From Eledone cirrhosa (lineage: Eukaryota): a stretch of 64,000 nt of DNA. The notes beneath the pieces are model-generated. The model was not told the DNA's origin. It did no database searches and worked only from the letters and a program-made list of their open reading frames with translations. The stretch spans positions 182,853 through 246,852 of the forward strand of contig CAXHJY010001173.1 in the NCBI GenBank assembly GCA_964016885.1, written 5' to 3'. Of this stretch, positions 27,353-39,648 are shown in pieces; position 1 is the first letter of the stretch, and each line of letters begins with the position of its first letter. The translations under genes were made by a program, and so were the position numbers.

Positions 27353-29470
27353 GGTGGTGATGATGGTGTTGGAGTGGTGTCAGTGCTGTTGTTGTTGTTG
27401 TTTGTTAGAGTGGTGGTGTTAGTAGTTGTGGTGTTGTTGTTGTTGGTGTTGGTGTTGTTGTTGTTGTTGTTGTGGTGGTGATGGTGATGGTGTTGGAGTG
27501 GTGTCAGTGCTGTTGTTGTTGTTGTTGTTTGTTAGAGTGGTGGTGTTAGTAGTTGTGGTGTTGTTGGTGTTGTTGTTGTTGTGGTGGTGGTGGTGATGAT
27601 GGTGTTGGAGTGGTGTCAGTGCTGTTGTTGTTGTTGTTTGTTAGAGTGGTGGTGTTAGTAGTTGTGGTGTTGTTGTTGTTGTTGGTGTTGTTGTTGTTGT
27701 GGTGGTGGTGGTGATGATGGTGTTGGAGTGGTGTCAGTGCTGCTGTTGTTGTTGTTTGTTAGAGTGGTGGTGTTAGTAGTTGTTGTTGTTGTTGGTGTTG
27801 TTGTTGTTGTGGTGGTGGTGGTGATGATGGTGTTGGAGTGGTGTCAGTGCTGCTGTTGTTGTTGTTTGTTAGAGTGGTGGTGTTAGTAGTTGTGGTGGTG
27901 TTGTTGTTGTGGTGGTGGTGGTGTTGGAGTGGTGTCAGTGCTGTTGTTGTTGTTGTTTGTTAGAGTGGTGGTGTTAGTAGTTGTTGTTGTTGTTGGTGTT
28001 GTTGGTGTTGTTGTTGTTGTGGTGGTGGTGGTGATGGTGTTGGAGTGTTGTCAGTGTTGCTGTTGTTGTTGTTTGTTAGAGTGGTGGTGTTAGTAGTTGT
28101 TGTTGTTGTTGGTGTTGTTGTTGTTGTTGTGGTGGTGGTGATGATGGTGTTGGAGTGGTGTCAGTGCTGTTGTTGTTGTTGTTTGTTAGAGTGGTGGTGT
28201 TAGTAGTTGTGGTGTTGTTGTTGTTGTTGGTGTTGTTGTTGTTGTTGTTGTGGTGGTGGTGATGATGGTGTTGGAGTGGTGTCAGTGCTGTTGTTGTTGT
28301 TGTTTGTTAGAGTGGTGGTGTTAGTAGTTGTGGTGTTGTTGTTGTTGTTGGTGTTGTTGTTGTTGTGGTGGTGGTGGTGATGATGTTGTTGGAGTGGTGT
28401 CAGTGCTGTTGTTGTTGTTGTTTGTTAGAGTGGTGGTGTTAGTAGTTGTGGTGTTGTTGTTGTGGTGGTGTTGTTGCTGTTGGTGTTGTTGTTGTTGTTG
28501 TGGTGGTGGTGATGATGTTGGAGTGGTGTCAGTGTTGTTGTTGTTGTTGTTGTTAGAGTGGTGGTGTTAGTAGTTGTGGTGTTGTTGTTGTTGTTGGTGT
28601 TGTTGCTGTTGGTGTTGTTGTTGTTGTTGTGGTGGTGGTGATGATGGTGTTGGAGTGGTGTCAGTGTTGTTGTTGTTGTTGTTGTTGTTAGAGTGGTGGT
28701 GTTAGTAGTTGTGGTGAGTATTGTTGCTGTTGGTGTTGTTGTTGTTGTTGTGGTGGTGGTGGTGATGATGGTGTTGGAGTGGTGTCAGTGCTGTTGTTGT
28801 TGTTGTTTGTTAGAGTGGTGGTGTTAGTAGTTGTGGTGTTGTTGTTGTTGGTGTTGTTGTTGTTGTTGTGGTGGTGGTGGTGATGGTGTTGGAGTGGTGT
28901 CAGTGCTGTTGTTGTTGTTGTTTGTTAGAGTGGTGGTGTTAGTAGTTGTGGTGTTGTTGTTGTTGGTGTTGTTGTTGTTGTTGTGGTGGTGGTGGTGATG
29001 GTGTTGGAGTGGTGTCAGTGCTGTTGTTGTTGTTGTTGTTAGAGTGGTGGTGTTAGTAGTTGTGGTGTTGTTGGTGTTGTTGTTGTGGTGGTGGTGGTGG
29101 TGATGATGGTGTTGGAGTGGTGTCAGTGTTGTTGTTGTCGTTGTTTGTTAGAGTGGTGGTGTTAGTAGTTGTTGTTGTTGTTGGTGTTGTTGTTGTGGTG
29201 GTGGTGGTGGTGATGATGGTGTTGGAGTGGTGTCAGTGTTGTTGTTGTTGTTGTTTGTTAGAGTGGTGGTGTTAGTAGTTGTGGTGAGTATTGTTGCTGT
29301 TGGTGTTGTTGTTGTTGTTGTGGTGGTGGTGATGATGGTGTTGGAGTGGTGTCAGTGTTGTTGTTGTTGTTGTTTGTTAGAGTGGTGGTGTTAGTAGTTG
29401 TGGTGTTGTTGGTGTTGATGTGGTGGTGGTGATGATGATGATGATGGTGTTGGAGTGGTGTCAGTGCAGC

Positions 29471-29501
<31 letters not shown>

Positions 29502-29751
29502 AGAGTGGTGGTGTTAGTAGTTGTGGTGAATGTTGTTGCTGTTGGTGTTGTTGTTGTTGATGGTGGTGATGATGGTGTTGGAGTGGTGGTGTTAGTAGTT
29601 GTGGTGTTGTTGTTGTTGATGGTGATGATGATGATGATGATGATGGTGTTGGAGTGGTGTCAGTGCAGCTGTTGTTGTTGTTGTTGTTGTTAGAGTGGTG
29701 GTGTTAGTAGTTGTGGTGAGTGTTGTTGTTGTTGTTGTGGTGGTGGTGGTA
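19155..29751. repeat. GT-rich compound satellite, ~110-125-bp units built from (GTT)n/(GTG)n
   Basis: Anchors GTTAGAGTGGTGGTGTTAGTAGTTG and GATGGTGTTGGAGTGGTGTCAGTG recur, separated by variable triplet tracts. Confidence 0.97.
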
Positions 29752-29821
29752 ACCATGTCATCTTCAGAAAGTTGTGTGTTGTGGTGTGATAATTGAAAGT
29801 TATTTGGAACTTATTTTGAGT

Positions 29822-29910
29822 AGCTACTACTACTACTACTACTACTATTACCACCAACACCATCACCATTACTACTACTACTACTACTATTAAACCAACA
29901 CCATCACCAT

Positions 29911-29948
<38 letters not shown>

Positions 29949-30110
29949 ACACCATCACCATTGCTACTACTACCACTACCATCATCACCTTTTTTAGTTT
30001 GTCTATGTGTGTGTGTGTGTATTTGGCTACTACTACTACTACTACAACCACTACCACCACCACCACCACCACCACCACCACCACTATTACTACTACTACT
30101 ACTACTACCA
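29822..30110. repeat. (ACT/ACC)n microsatellite of opposite polarity to the adjacent GT satellite
   Basis: Direct reading. Confidence 0.85.
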
Positions 30111-30423
30111 ATAGTAGGAAGGACACTTATGTCAAAAAGTGGGAGAGAGGTGATGTGGGAGGCGGGAAGAGTGTATAAATAGTGAGTAGAGAGAGAGAGA
30201 GAGAGAGAGAGTGAATGAGATGATGAAAAGCAGTAGGTCAAATGGGTGAGGTTGGAGGGGGGAGTACGTGTACTAGACTGAATAGCTTTAGACCATTAGC
30301 TACTTGACAGTTGAGGGAGGGGCAGGTAGACTGATCTGTCAATGTATTTCTCACTCTCTATATCTCTATGTATGCTTGTCACTGTATCAGTGTCCGTGTG
30401 TCTATGTGAGTGTGGGTTTCTAA

Positions 30424-30462
<39 letters not shown>

Positions 30463-30493
30463 TGAGTGAGTGATAGTGTCTAGATATGTTTTT

Positions 30494-30529
<36 letters not shown>

Positions 30530-30577
30530 TGTATGCATGTGTGTTTACCAGGTATATATATATATACAGGTATCAAT

Positions 30578-30629
<52 letters not shown>

Positions 30630-30910
30630 AATATATATATATATTGAATTGAATTGCATCAATGTTTACCCTAATATATATGTATATATGTATATATGTA
30701 TATATATATATTTATTTAGTTATGTAATAAATAACAGAAGGCAATTATTCCATTTACCAGTGGTAAATATGTATATATGTATGTATATATATATAATGTT
30801 TATAGGAACGAATAAGACCCCGACGGCTAATTCTGGACTAAATGTTTCTGAAACAAGATGGCGTAAGACAGAACAAAGGAGAGGCACAAAAACAAAGAAA
30901 AGAATCCCCA

Positions 30911-30953
30911 GTCACTGAAGAGGTCACAGAATGTGTGACGAAAGAACTTTGAC
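30911..30953 (+). ncRNA. Minimal type I hammerhead-like motif
   Basis: GUCA-CUGAAGA-GGUCACA-GAAUG-UGUGAC-GAAAG-AA-CUU-UGAC. Confidence 0.68.
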
Positions 30954-31079
30954 AATATATAAACAACCATCTGGTTGTGGAACCAACCAACCAGAAATTT
31001 ACAAATTTATTATAATAAATTGAAGTGAAAGCAACTGGTGCGTGTGTTTCTTATTGGCAACATGACCCTCCCAAAGTAT

Positions 31080-31145
<66 letters not shown>

Positions 31146-31204
31146 ATATATATATATATATGTGTGTATATATATATATGTGTATATATATATATATATA
31201 TGTG

Positions 31205-32516
31205 TATATGAAATATAAGAATCAAAGAACTGTTCAAAACATTATTGTGCTTACAGCTGTTTCCTCCAAACCGAGGTTTGGATTCTTCGGAGCAATTTAT
31301 TAATGCATGGACAGTTATATGACCTCCCTTTCAGCCGAGAGACATACCAATACATATTCAAACATTGATACATATTCAAACATTGTGGGTCAACATTCAT
31401 TACAGAATTTAGAGTGGCAGTACACACTTCGAGATTACATTTATATTAATAGGTACAATCAAAAATCAAAGATATAGGTTAAAGTACAACATGAAGATAA
31501 GTGGTTATATAGTGCAAATGTTATATGTGTGGCACGCATGTGCGTTTTGTTTATATAGTGTGGCAGAGAGATATGTGTGGTAGAGGCACTTAGGTAGGTA
31601 AATAAGAGTGTTAGGTTGGTAGATCTGGTGGCAAAGTCTTTATATGATTGATATAGTCTGTGTGTGGAGAAATATTATAAGCATTAAAGATAGTGCAAGC
31701 ATTAAAAGTGTTATAAGTATTGGAGATGCACAGCGCAGGGATGTCAAGTAATTCATGTACTTCGGCATTTTCATGGTCAAGGGAGTGTATATTTCGATTA
31801 TATGCCTTTCACATAATCCACGACAATCCAGTTAGAGATCGTAGTCTGGTGTTCTTTAGAACTAAAGAACACCAGACTACGATCTCTAACTGGATTGTCG
31901 TGGATTATGTGAAAGGCATATAATCGAAATATACACTCCCTTGACCATGAAAATGCCGAAGTACATGAATTACTTGACATCCCTGCGCTGTGCATCTCCA
32001 ATACTTATAACACTTTTAATGCTTGCACTATCTTTAATGCTTATAATATTTCTCCACACACAGACTATATCAATCATATAAAGACTTTGCCACCAGATCT
32101 ACCAACCTAACACTCTTATTTACCTACCTAAGTGCCTCTACCACACATATCTCTCTGCCACACTATATAAACAAAACGCACATGCGTGCCACACATATAA
32201 CATTTGCACTATATAACCACTTATCTTCATGTTGTACTTTAACCTATATCTTTGATTTTTGATTGTACCTATTAATATAAATGTAATCTCGAAGTGTGTA
32301 CTGCCACTCTAAATTCTGTAATGAATGTTGACCCACAATGTTTGAATATGTATCAATGTTTGAATATGTATTGGTATGTCTCTCGGCTGAAAGGGAGGTC
32401 ACATAACTGTCCATGCATTAATAAATTGCTCCGAAGAATCCAAACCTCGGTTTGGAGGAAACAGCTGTAAGCACAATAATGTTTTGAACAGTTCTTTGAT
32501 TCTTATATTTCATATA
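31205..32516. repeat. Near-perfect palindrome, 655-bp arms with 2-nt spacer
   Basis: Centre GTTCTTTAG-AA-CTAAAGAAC at 31860/31861; mirrored ORFs 31720+ and 31798-. Confidence 0.97.
32427..32473 (+). ncRNA. Hammerhead variant (CCGAAGA core; mirror copy 31248-31294, minus)
   Basis: UGCU-CCGAAGA-AUCCAAACC/GGUUUGGAG-GAAAC-AGCU-GUA-AGCA. Confidence 0.72.
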
Positions 32517-32790
32517 ACTGCTCTGTAAATCATCTGATGTTTTTACATTGAGCTACTTAACTTACTGGTAATAAGGTAGTAATACATTACTGCCTACCAC
32601 TATTTAGGGTGTGTGTAAAATACTTACAACTGCTTAAGGTTTTGTGTTTACATAACCATAAATAGTATAACTAATACTATATGTGTATATATATATATGT
32701 GTATATATATATATGTATATATGTGTATATATATATATATGTATATATGTGTATATATATATATGTATATATGTGTATATATATATGTAT

Positions 32791-32822
<32 letters not shown>

Positions 32823-32840
32823 GTGTATATATGTATATAT

Positions 32841-35800
32841 AGTTCCTGTAGTATTAACTTGGATATTTACCATGCGACCCTCAGTTCCTGTAGTATTAAC
32901 TTGGATATTTACCATGCGACCCTCAGTTCCTACCTCACAATTTCCCTCCCCCCCCACCCCCACACACCACCATAGTCTATTCGACCAATCAAACCTAGCA
33001 TGCCATTTCCACTGCTGCTGCTGCTACTACCTGCCTAACTAACTCTCTCCTCCTCTGGCGCATCCCAACACACCCTGCCATTACCCCACCACCACTGTCC
33101 TTCTAGCCCTCAATTTTCCCACCGTTAGGGATGGATGAGCTGGGAATACACGAGCAACTCTGAATCAATAGATGAAATATGAATCTGCGAGCTACCAAGC
33201 ACCCACGTGAAGCGCCAACCCAGAGACCCTCCCCTACGAGTGTCGACAAATGCCCAAAACTCCGAGTTGGTACCATCAATGTAGGCTCAATGAAAGGAAG
33301 AGCAGGAGAAATCGTAGAAATGCTAGAGCGAAAGGAAGTTGATGTATGCTGTGTGCAAGAGACTAGATGGAGAGGAGGGTCTGCTAGAGTCCTTGTAGGA
33401 AAAAGCCAGTGCTACAAATTTTTCTGGGTGGGAAATGACGATGGGATGGGTGGTGTAGGTATACTATTAGCTGACAAGTGGGTAGATAAAGTAATCTCAG
33501 TGTACAGGGTAAATGCAAGAATCATTAAACTCAGACTAGTCCTGAATAAGACAATTACCACAATAATATCAGCTTACGCACCCCAATCGGGGCTGCCAGA
33601 CGAACTTAAGGATAGGTTTTACGAGTCCCTAATACACACTACTGCTCTAACAGACGACAAGGACTTCCTAATCATTGCAGGAGATTTTAACGGACACGTA
33701 GGTAAACACTGCGACGGCTTCAATAGAGTACATGGAGGCCATGGAGTTGGCACAAGGAATGAGGAAGGATTCAGACTTCTAGAATTCTGCGACGCCAATG
33801 ACATGTCGATATGTAACACAAACTTTAAAAAACCCGACAACCACCTGATCACCTATAGATCAGGGGAGCACTCTAGTCAGTTAGATTTTATCCTCATCAG
33901 AGGACGTGACAGATGGACGGTCGTAAACACAAAAGCCTTCCCTAGTGAGGAATGTACATTCCAACATAGCTTAGTTGTCAGCGACCTCACGGTCAGAACT
34001 AGACGAGCCCTGAAACAGAGGCCAACCTGGAGAAGAAAGATCTGGAAGCTGAAAGTCCCCTCAACCAGTAACAGATTTAAAGATATTTTACTCAACGCCT
34101 ACGACAGTAAAGAAGAACAGATAGAGACATTTAACGTAGAAGAGAACTGGGAGTTCCTAAAAAATAACTTACTAGAGGCGACGGATGAGGTTTGTGGCTG
34201 GAGTAAGACCTCAAGCAGGAGGAGAGTGACTTGGTGGTGGAACAATAAGGTAGATGAAGCAGTCAAGGCCAAGAGACAGGCATGGAAAGAATGGAAGAAC
34301 GGGGGGAGCAGGGTACATTACATAGAGACCAAGAGGGAAGCTAGGCGACAAGTATACTTAGCTAGGAGGGAAGCAGAGGATAGAAAATTCAAGCATGTTT
34401 TACAACGTGAGGACCAGAAACAGGAGGTATTCAAGATTGCGAGGCAGTGTGTCAGAGATAGTTGTGATGTCATTGGAGAGAAGTGTATCCGGAATGATAA
34501 AGGTGAGCTTGCCCTCACAAGTGCTGAGAAGAAAGATGCATGGAAGAGTCATTATGATAGATTACTAAATGAGGAGAATGCATGGGAAGAAGAGACCCTA
34601 CCCCACGTAGACCCTATAGAGGGACCAGCAGTACAAGTCAGCGGCAGCGTAGTAAGTAAGACAATCAGAGATATGAAGATAGGGAAGGCAACCGGTCCAT
34701 CGGGTATAGCTGCCGAGATGCTGAAGGCATCTGGGTCTGTAGGTCACACTATAACCACACGTATCGTTAACCAGGTAATACTAGAGGGGGCCATACCAAA
34801 AGATTGGTGCAGTAGCATCATTGTCAACTGCTACAAAGGTAAAGGCGATGCACTAGATAGAGGAAACTATAGAGGTATAAAGTTGATGGACCAGGTCATG
34901 AAAGTAACAGAAAGAGTTATAGCACAGCTGATTAGGGACCGGGTGAATATAGACGAGATGCAATTTGGGTTTGTTCCAGGGAAAGGCACCACTGATGCGC
35001 TCTTCCTTGTGAGGCAATTACAGGAAAAGTACCTAGCTAAAAGTAAGCCACTCTACTTGGCATTTGTCGACCTTGAGAAAGCCTTTGACAGAGTTCCACG
35101 TGCAGTAATCTGGTGGGCTCTTAGAAAACTAGGAGTAGATGAATGGCTTGTGAAAGCGGTACAAGCCATGTATAGGGGAGCAGTCAGCAAAGTTAGGATT
35201 GGCAATGAGTATAGCGAGGAATTTAGCGTACAGGTTGGGGTCCACCAGGGCTCTGTTCTTAGCCCTCTCCTGTTCATCATAGTCCTGCAGGCAATAACGG
35301 AGGAGTTTAAGACCGGATGCCCATGGGAACTCCTGTATGCTGATGACCTCGCACTCATAGCTGAATCTATGGTAGAACTAGAGAATAAATTCCAAACCTG
35401 GAAGCAGGGACTAGAGAGAAAGGGCCTCAAAGTCAACATGACAAAGACTAAGGTCCTTATAAGTAGACGAGAAAACAGAACCCAGATCCCCTCAGGGAAA
35501 TGGCCTTGCTCAGTATGTAGGAAAGGTGTAGGTAGGAACTCCATTCTTTGCCCCAAATGCAAACAATGGGTACACAAGAGATGTAGCGGGATCTCAGGAA
35601 GCTTAATTAAGAATGTAGGATTCACATGCAGCAGCTGTGCTGAAACAGCAAGCAAACAGCCACAGGAAACAAGTACCACCAATCTCTGGGAGGGCCCTGT
35701 AGAAACAGTAGACAGCTTCTGCTACCTAGGTGACCGAATTAGCAACGGAGGTGGGTGCTCAGAAAGTACAATAACTAGGGTAAGAACGGGATGGAAGAAG

Positions 35801-36596
35801 TTTAGGGAACTACTACCACTGCTAGCTGCAAAAGGCTTCTCCCTCAGAATGAAAGGCAGACTGTATGATGCGTGTATCCGAACAGCGATGTTGCATGGTA
35901 GTGAGACCTGGGCGCTGAAGGTGGAAGACTTACGTAGATTAGAGAGAAACGAAGCCTGCATGCTCCGATGGATGTGTAACAGTAATATACGTGAACGACA
36001 AAGCATAAATGAATTGAGAGAGAGACTGAGCATAAGAGGAATCAAATGCTGCGTGCAGGAGAGGCGGTTACGCTGGTATGGACATGTGATGCGTATGAAG
36101 GATGACAGCTGCATAAAAAGGTGCAGAGCACTAGAAGTTGATGGAAACCGCGGAGTGGGGAGACCCAAGATGACTTGGGATGAGGTGATAAAAGCCGACC
36201 TTACCCAACTACACCTCTCAAAGTCAATGACACACGACCGTGACTTCTGGCGTCACGCAGTAATACAGGGTACCCGACCTCCCATGGGTACATGCTGAAG
36301 CATATAAACAATATGCCCCCCCCCCCACCGCAAGGTGGTCGTGGAGGTGCCACGGCAAAAAAGCACCCAGCCCACACTGTAAAGTGGACGTGTAGGCGCC
36401 ACGAAAAAGCACCCAGCACTCACTGTAAATGAGGTTGGTGTTAGGAAGGGCATCCAGCTGTAGAAATCAAGCCAGATCAGTTCCTGTATGAGCAAGGCAT
36501 GGTCAGCCGACCAGACACTGCCCACAACAGGACAACCCGTCTAACCCATGCTAGCGTGGAAGAACGGACGTAAAACGGTGATGATGATGATGATGA

Positions 36597-36599
<3 letters not shown>
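32841..36599 (+). mobile_element. Apparently full-length RTE-clade LINE (family 1) inserted in a (TA)n-rich tract
   Basis: 5' region starts with a 42-bp tandem duplication (32841-32925), followed by one uninterrupted ORF and a 3' UTR with CACACTGTAAA modules ending in (GAT)n. Both flanks are TA microsatellite. Confidence 0.93.
33179..36298 (+). CDS. RTE LINE polyprotein: APE endonuclease + reverse transcriptase + PHD-type zinc finger + RTE C-terminal region (1039 aa)
   Basis: APE motifs (GTINV, CVQETRW, SAYAPQ, AGDFNGH, SQLDFIL); RT motifs (QFGFVPG, FVDLEKAFD, GVHQGSVLSP, YADD); C-x2-C-x10-C-x2-C-x4-H-x2-C-x14-C-x2-C at 35507-35638; RRLRWYGHVMR and GRPK C-terminal motifs typical of RTE. Confidence 0.95.
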   Translation: MNLRATKHPREAPTQRPSPTSVDKCPKLRVGTINVGSMKGRAGEIVEMLERKEVDVCCVQETRWRGGSARVLVGKSQCYKFFWVGNDDGMGGVGILLADKWVDKVISVYRVNARIIKLRLVLNKTITTIISAYAPQSGLPDELKDRFYESLIHTTALTDDKDFLIIAGDFNGHVGKHCDGFNRVHGGHGVGTRNEEGFRLLEFCDANDMSICNTNFKKPDNHLITYRSGEHSSQLDFILIRGRDRWTVVNTKAFPSEECTFQHSLVVSDLTVRTRRALKQRPTWRRKIWKLKVPSTSNRFKDILLNAYDSKEEQIETFNVEENWEFLKNNLLEATDEVCGWSKTSSRRRVTWWWNNKVDEAVKAKRQAWKEWKNGGSRVHYIETKREARRQVYLARREAEDRKFKHVLQREDQKQEVFKIARQCVRDSCDVIGEKCIRNDKGELALTSAEKKDAWKSHYDRLLNEENAWEEETLPHVDPIEGPAVQVSGSVVSKTIRDMKIGKATGPSGIAAEMLKASGSVGHTITTRIVNQVILEGAIPKDWCSSIIVNCYKGKGDALDRGNYRGIKLMDQVMKVTERVIAQLIRDRVNIDEMQFGFVPGKGTTDALFLVRQLQEKYLAKSKPLYLAFVDLEKAFDRVPRAVIWWALRKLGVDEWLVKAVQAMYRGAVSKVRIGNEYSEEFSVQVGVHQGSVLSPLLFIIVLQAITEEFKTGCPWELLYADDLALIAESMVELENKFQTWKQGLERKGLKVNMTKTKVLISRRENRTQIPSGKWPCSVCRKGVGRNSILCPKCKQWVHKRCSGISGSLIKNVGFTCSSCAETASKQPQETSTTNLWEGPVETVDSFCYLGDRISNGGGCSESTITRVRTGWKKFRELLPLLAAKGFSLRMKGRLYDACIRTAMLHGSETWALKVEDLRRLERNEACMLRWMCNSNIRERQSINELRERLSIRGIKCCVQERRLRWYGHVMRMKDDSCIKRCRALEVDGNRGVGRPKMTWDEVIKADLTQLHLSKSMTHDRDFWRHAVIQGTRPPMGTC

Positions 36600-36656
<57 letters not shown>

Positions 36657-36665
36657 GTGTATATG

Positions 36666-36712
<47 letters not shown>

Positions 36713-36846
36713 GTATATATATATATGTGTATATATATATATATGTATATATGTGTATATATATATATGTATATATGTGTATATATATATATGTATATAT
36801 GTGTATATATATATATATATGTATATATGTGTATATATATATGTAT

Positions 36847-36882
<36 letters not shown>

Positions 36883-36993
36883 GTATATATGTATATATGT
36901 ATATATATATATATATATGTGTGTATATATGTATATATATATGTGTATATATAAGTATATATATGTATATATATATATTTGTATATATGTATA

Positions 36994-37048
<55 letters not shown>

Positions 37049-37470
37049 ATATATGTATATATATGTATATATATATATATGATATATATATATGTATATA
37101 TGTATATGTATATATATATATAATATATAAGATCAAAAGATGGTTAAAAGAGTTCCATGTATTTTATTATGCGCATTTCAAATAAAATTGCACTATTATT
37201 GCACTATAAAATTACTGTTGATTTAAAACTGCACTATTCACAAGTGTTTTTTAACCTTCATATCATGTCTTCCTATTTTATCTGATGAAAACACAAATGT
37301 TATTGCATGATGATATTTGTTTTTGAAATGCGCATAATAAAATACATGGAACTCTTTTAACCATCTTTTGATCTTATATATTATGTATACTCCAGTCCTT
37401 CAAACTGTAGAGTGCTTCTTATCCGATATCTGCATTGCTTTATTGTACTACAATAAAACTCACCTCCTAC

Positions 37471-37527
<57 letters not shown>

Positions 37528-37528
<1 letters not shown>

Positions 37529-38695
37529 AGTGGCCATGCGCAGAGTGTAGGAAAGGCGTAGGTAGAAACTCCATTTTGTGTCCCAAATGCAAAGTTTGGG
37601 TGCATAAAAGATGTAGTGGGATCACAGGTAAGCTAACTAAGAACATAGATTTTACATGTGGCCGGTGCTCTGGTGCAATAAGTAGCAGCAAGTGCCCACA
37701 AAATACTAGCTCTTTCAACTGCGCAGAGGGTTCTATAGAAATAGTGGACAGCTTCCGTTACCTGGGTGACAAAATCAGCAGTGGGGGAGGGTGCTCTGAA
37801 AGTACAGTAGCTAGAGTCAGAACTGGGTGGAAAAAGTTCAGAGAGCTTATACCACTATTAGCCGCTAAAGAGTTCTCCCTAAAAATGAAAGGCAGGTTGT
37901 ACGATGCCTGCATACGAACAGCAACGTTGCATGGCAGTGAGACCTGGGCATTGTGTGCAGAAGATATACGCAGACTAGAGAGAAACGAAGCTTGCATGCT
38001 CCGCTGGATGTGTAATAGTAATATACGTGAACGACAAAGCATAAACGAACTAAGGAAAAAATTAGAAATAAGAGGGATCAGATGTTGTTTACTCGAGAGA
38101 AGGCTACGTTGGTATGGTCACGTGATGCGCATGAAGGACGATAGCTGTATAACAAAGTGCAGGGCAATAAAGATAGACGGTAGCCACGGAATAGGCAGAC
38201 CCAGAAAAACCTTGGACGAGCTGATAAACTCCGACCTCACACACTTACACCTCTCCAAGACAATGTCACTGGACCGAGACCTTTGGCGGTTCTCAGTAAT
38301 AGAGAAGACCCGCCTTACCTAAATACATAGTAAAACCTACTACAGTCAGTAGGCATCTCTAACAAAATACACCCCACCCCATCCACACCGCCCCCTTCTA
38401 TGTAAAGTTATGTTGGTGCCACACCATCCAGGCCGAAATAAATAAGATCGTGTAGGTGTCACGACAAAAAACACACAGTCCACGCTGTAATGTGGTCGTG
38501 TAGGCAACACGGTAAAAACCTCCCAGCCCCACACTGTAAATGTGGTTGGTGTTAGGAAGGGCATCCAACTGTAGAAAACCCGCCAGACAGTCCTATGCGA
38601 GCAAGACAATCACTCTTGCCTCAAGTGGGAAAACCCCCGTCCAAACCCATGCAAGCGTGGAACACGGACGTTAAACGTTGATGATGATGATGATG

Positions 38696-38697
<2 letters not shown>
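37528..38697 (+). mobile_element. 5'-truncated RTE family 2 copy
   Basis: Encodes PHD finger + C-terminus (KWPCAECRKG...IEKTRLT); 3' UTR and (GAT)n tail; embedded in TA repeats. Confidence 0.92.
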
Positions 38698-38783
<86 letters not shown>

Positions 38784-38798
38784 GTATATATATATATG

Positions 38799-38909
<111 letters not shown>

Positions 38910-38968
38910 GTATATATGTATATATGTATATATATATATATGTATATATATGTATATATATATATATG

Positions 38969-39019
<51 letters not shown>

Positions 39020-39020
<1 letters not shown>

Positions 39021-39520
39021 AAGGATGACAGCTGCATAAAAAGGTGCAGAGCACTAGAAGTTGATGGAAACCGCGGAGTGGGGAGACCCAAGATGACTTG
39101 GGATGAGGTGATAAAAGCCGACCTTACCCAACTACACCTCTCAAAGTCAATGACACACGACCGTGACTTCTGGCGTCACGCAGTAATACAGGGTACCCGA
39201 CCTCCCATGGGTACATGCTGAAGCATATAAACAATATGCCCCCCCCCCACCGCAAGGTGGTCGTGGAGGTGCCACGGCAAAAAAGCACCCAGCCCACACT
39301 GTAAAGTGGACGTGTAGGCGCCACGAAAAAGCACCCAGCACTCACTGTAAATGAGGTTGGTGTTAGGAAGGGCATCCAGCTGTAGAAATCAAGCCAGATC
39401 AGTTCCTGTATGAGCAAGGCATGGTCAGCCGACCAGACACTGCCCACAACAGGACAACCCGTCTAACCCATGCTAGCGTGGAAGAACGGACGTAAAACGG
39501 TGATGATGATGATGATGATG

Positions 39521-39521
<1 letters not shown>
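39020..39521 (+). mobile_element. 5'-truncated RTE family 1 copy (3' end)
   Basis: Near-identical to ~36097-36599, including the (GAT)n tail; flanked by TA repeats. Confidence 0.93.
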
Positions 39522-39581
<60 letters not shown>

Positions 39582-39601
39582 CATATATATATATATGTAT
39601 G

Positions 39602-39648
<47 letters not shown>

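Noticed and set aside
19155-29751. Possible mucin/His-rich repeat protein on the minus strand of the GT satellite
   Set aside because: Units lacking the extra T are open (LTTTALTPLQHHHH...), but most units carry GTTTGTT, which shifts frame into stops every few units.
33619-36168. Antisense ORFs within the LINE
   Set aside because: Shadow ORFs of the RT coding sequence.
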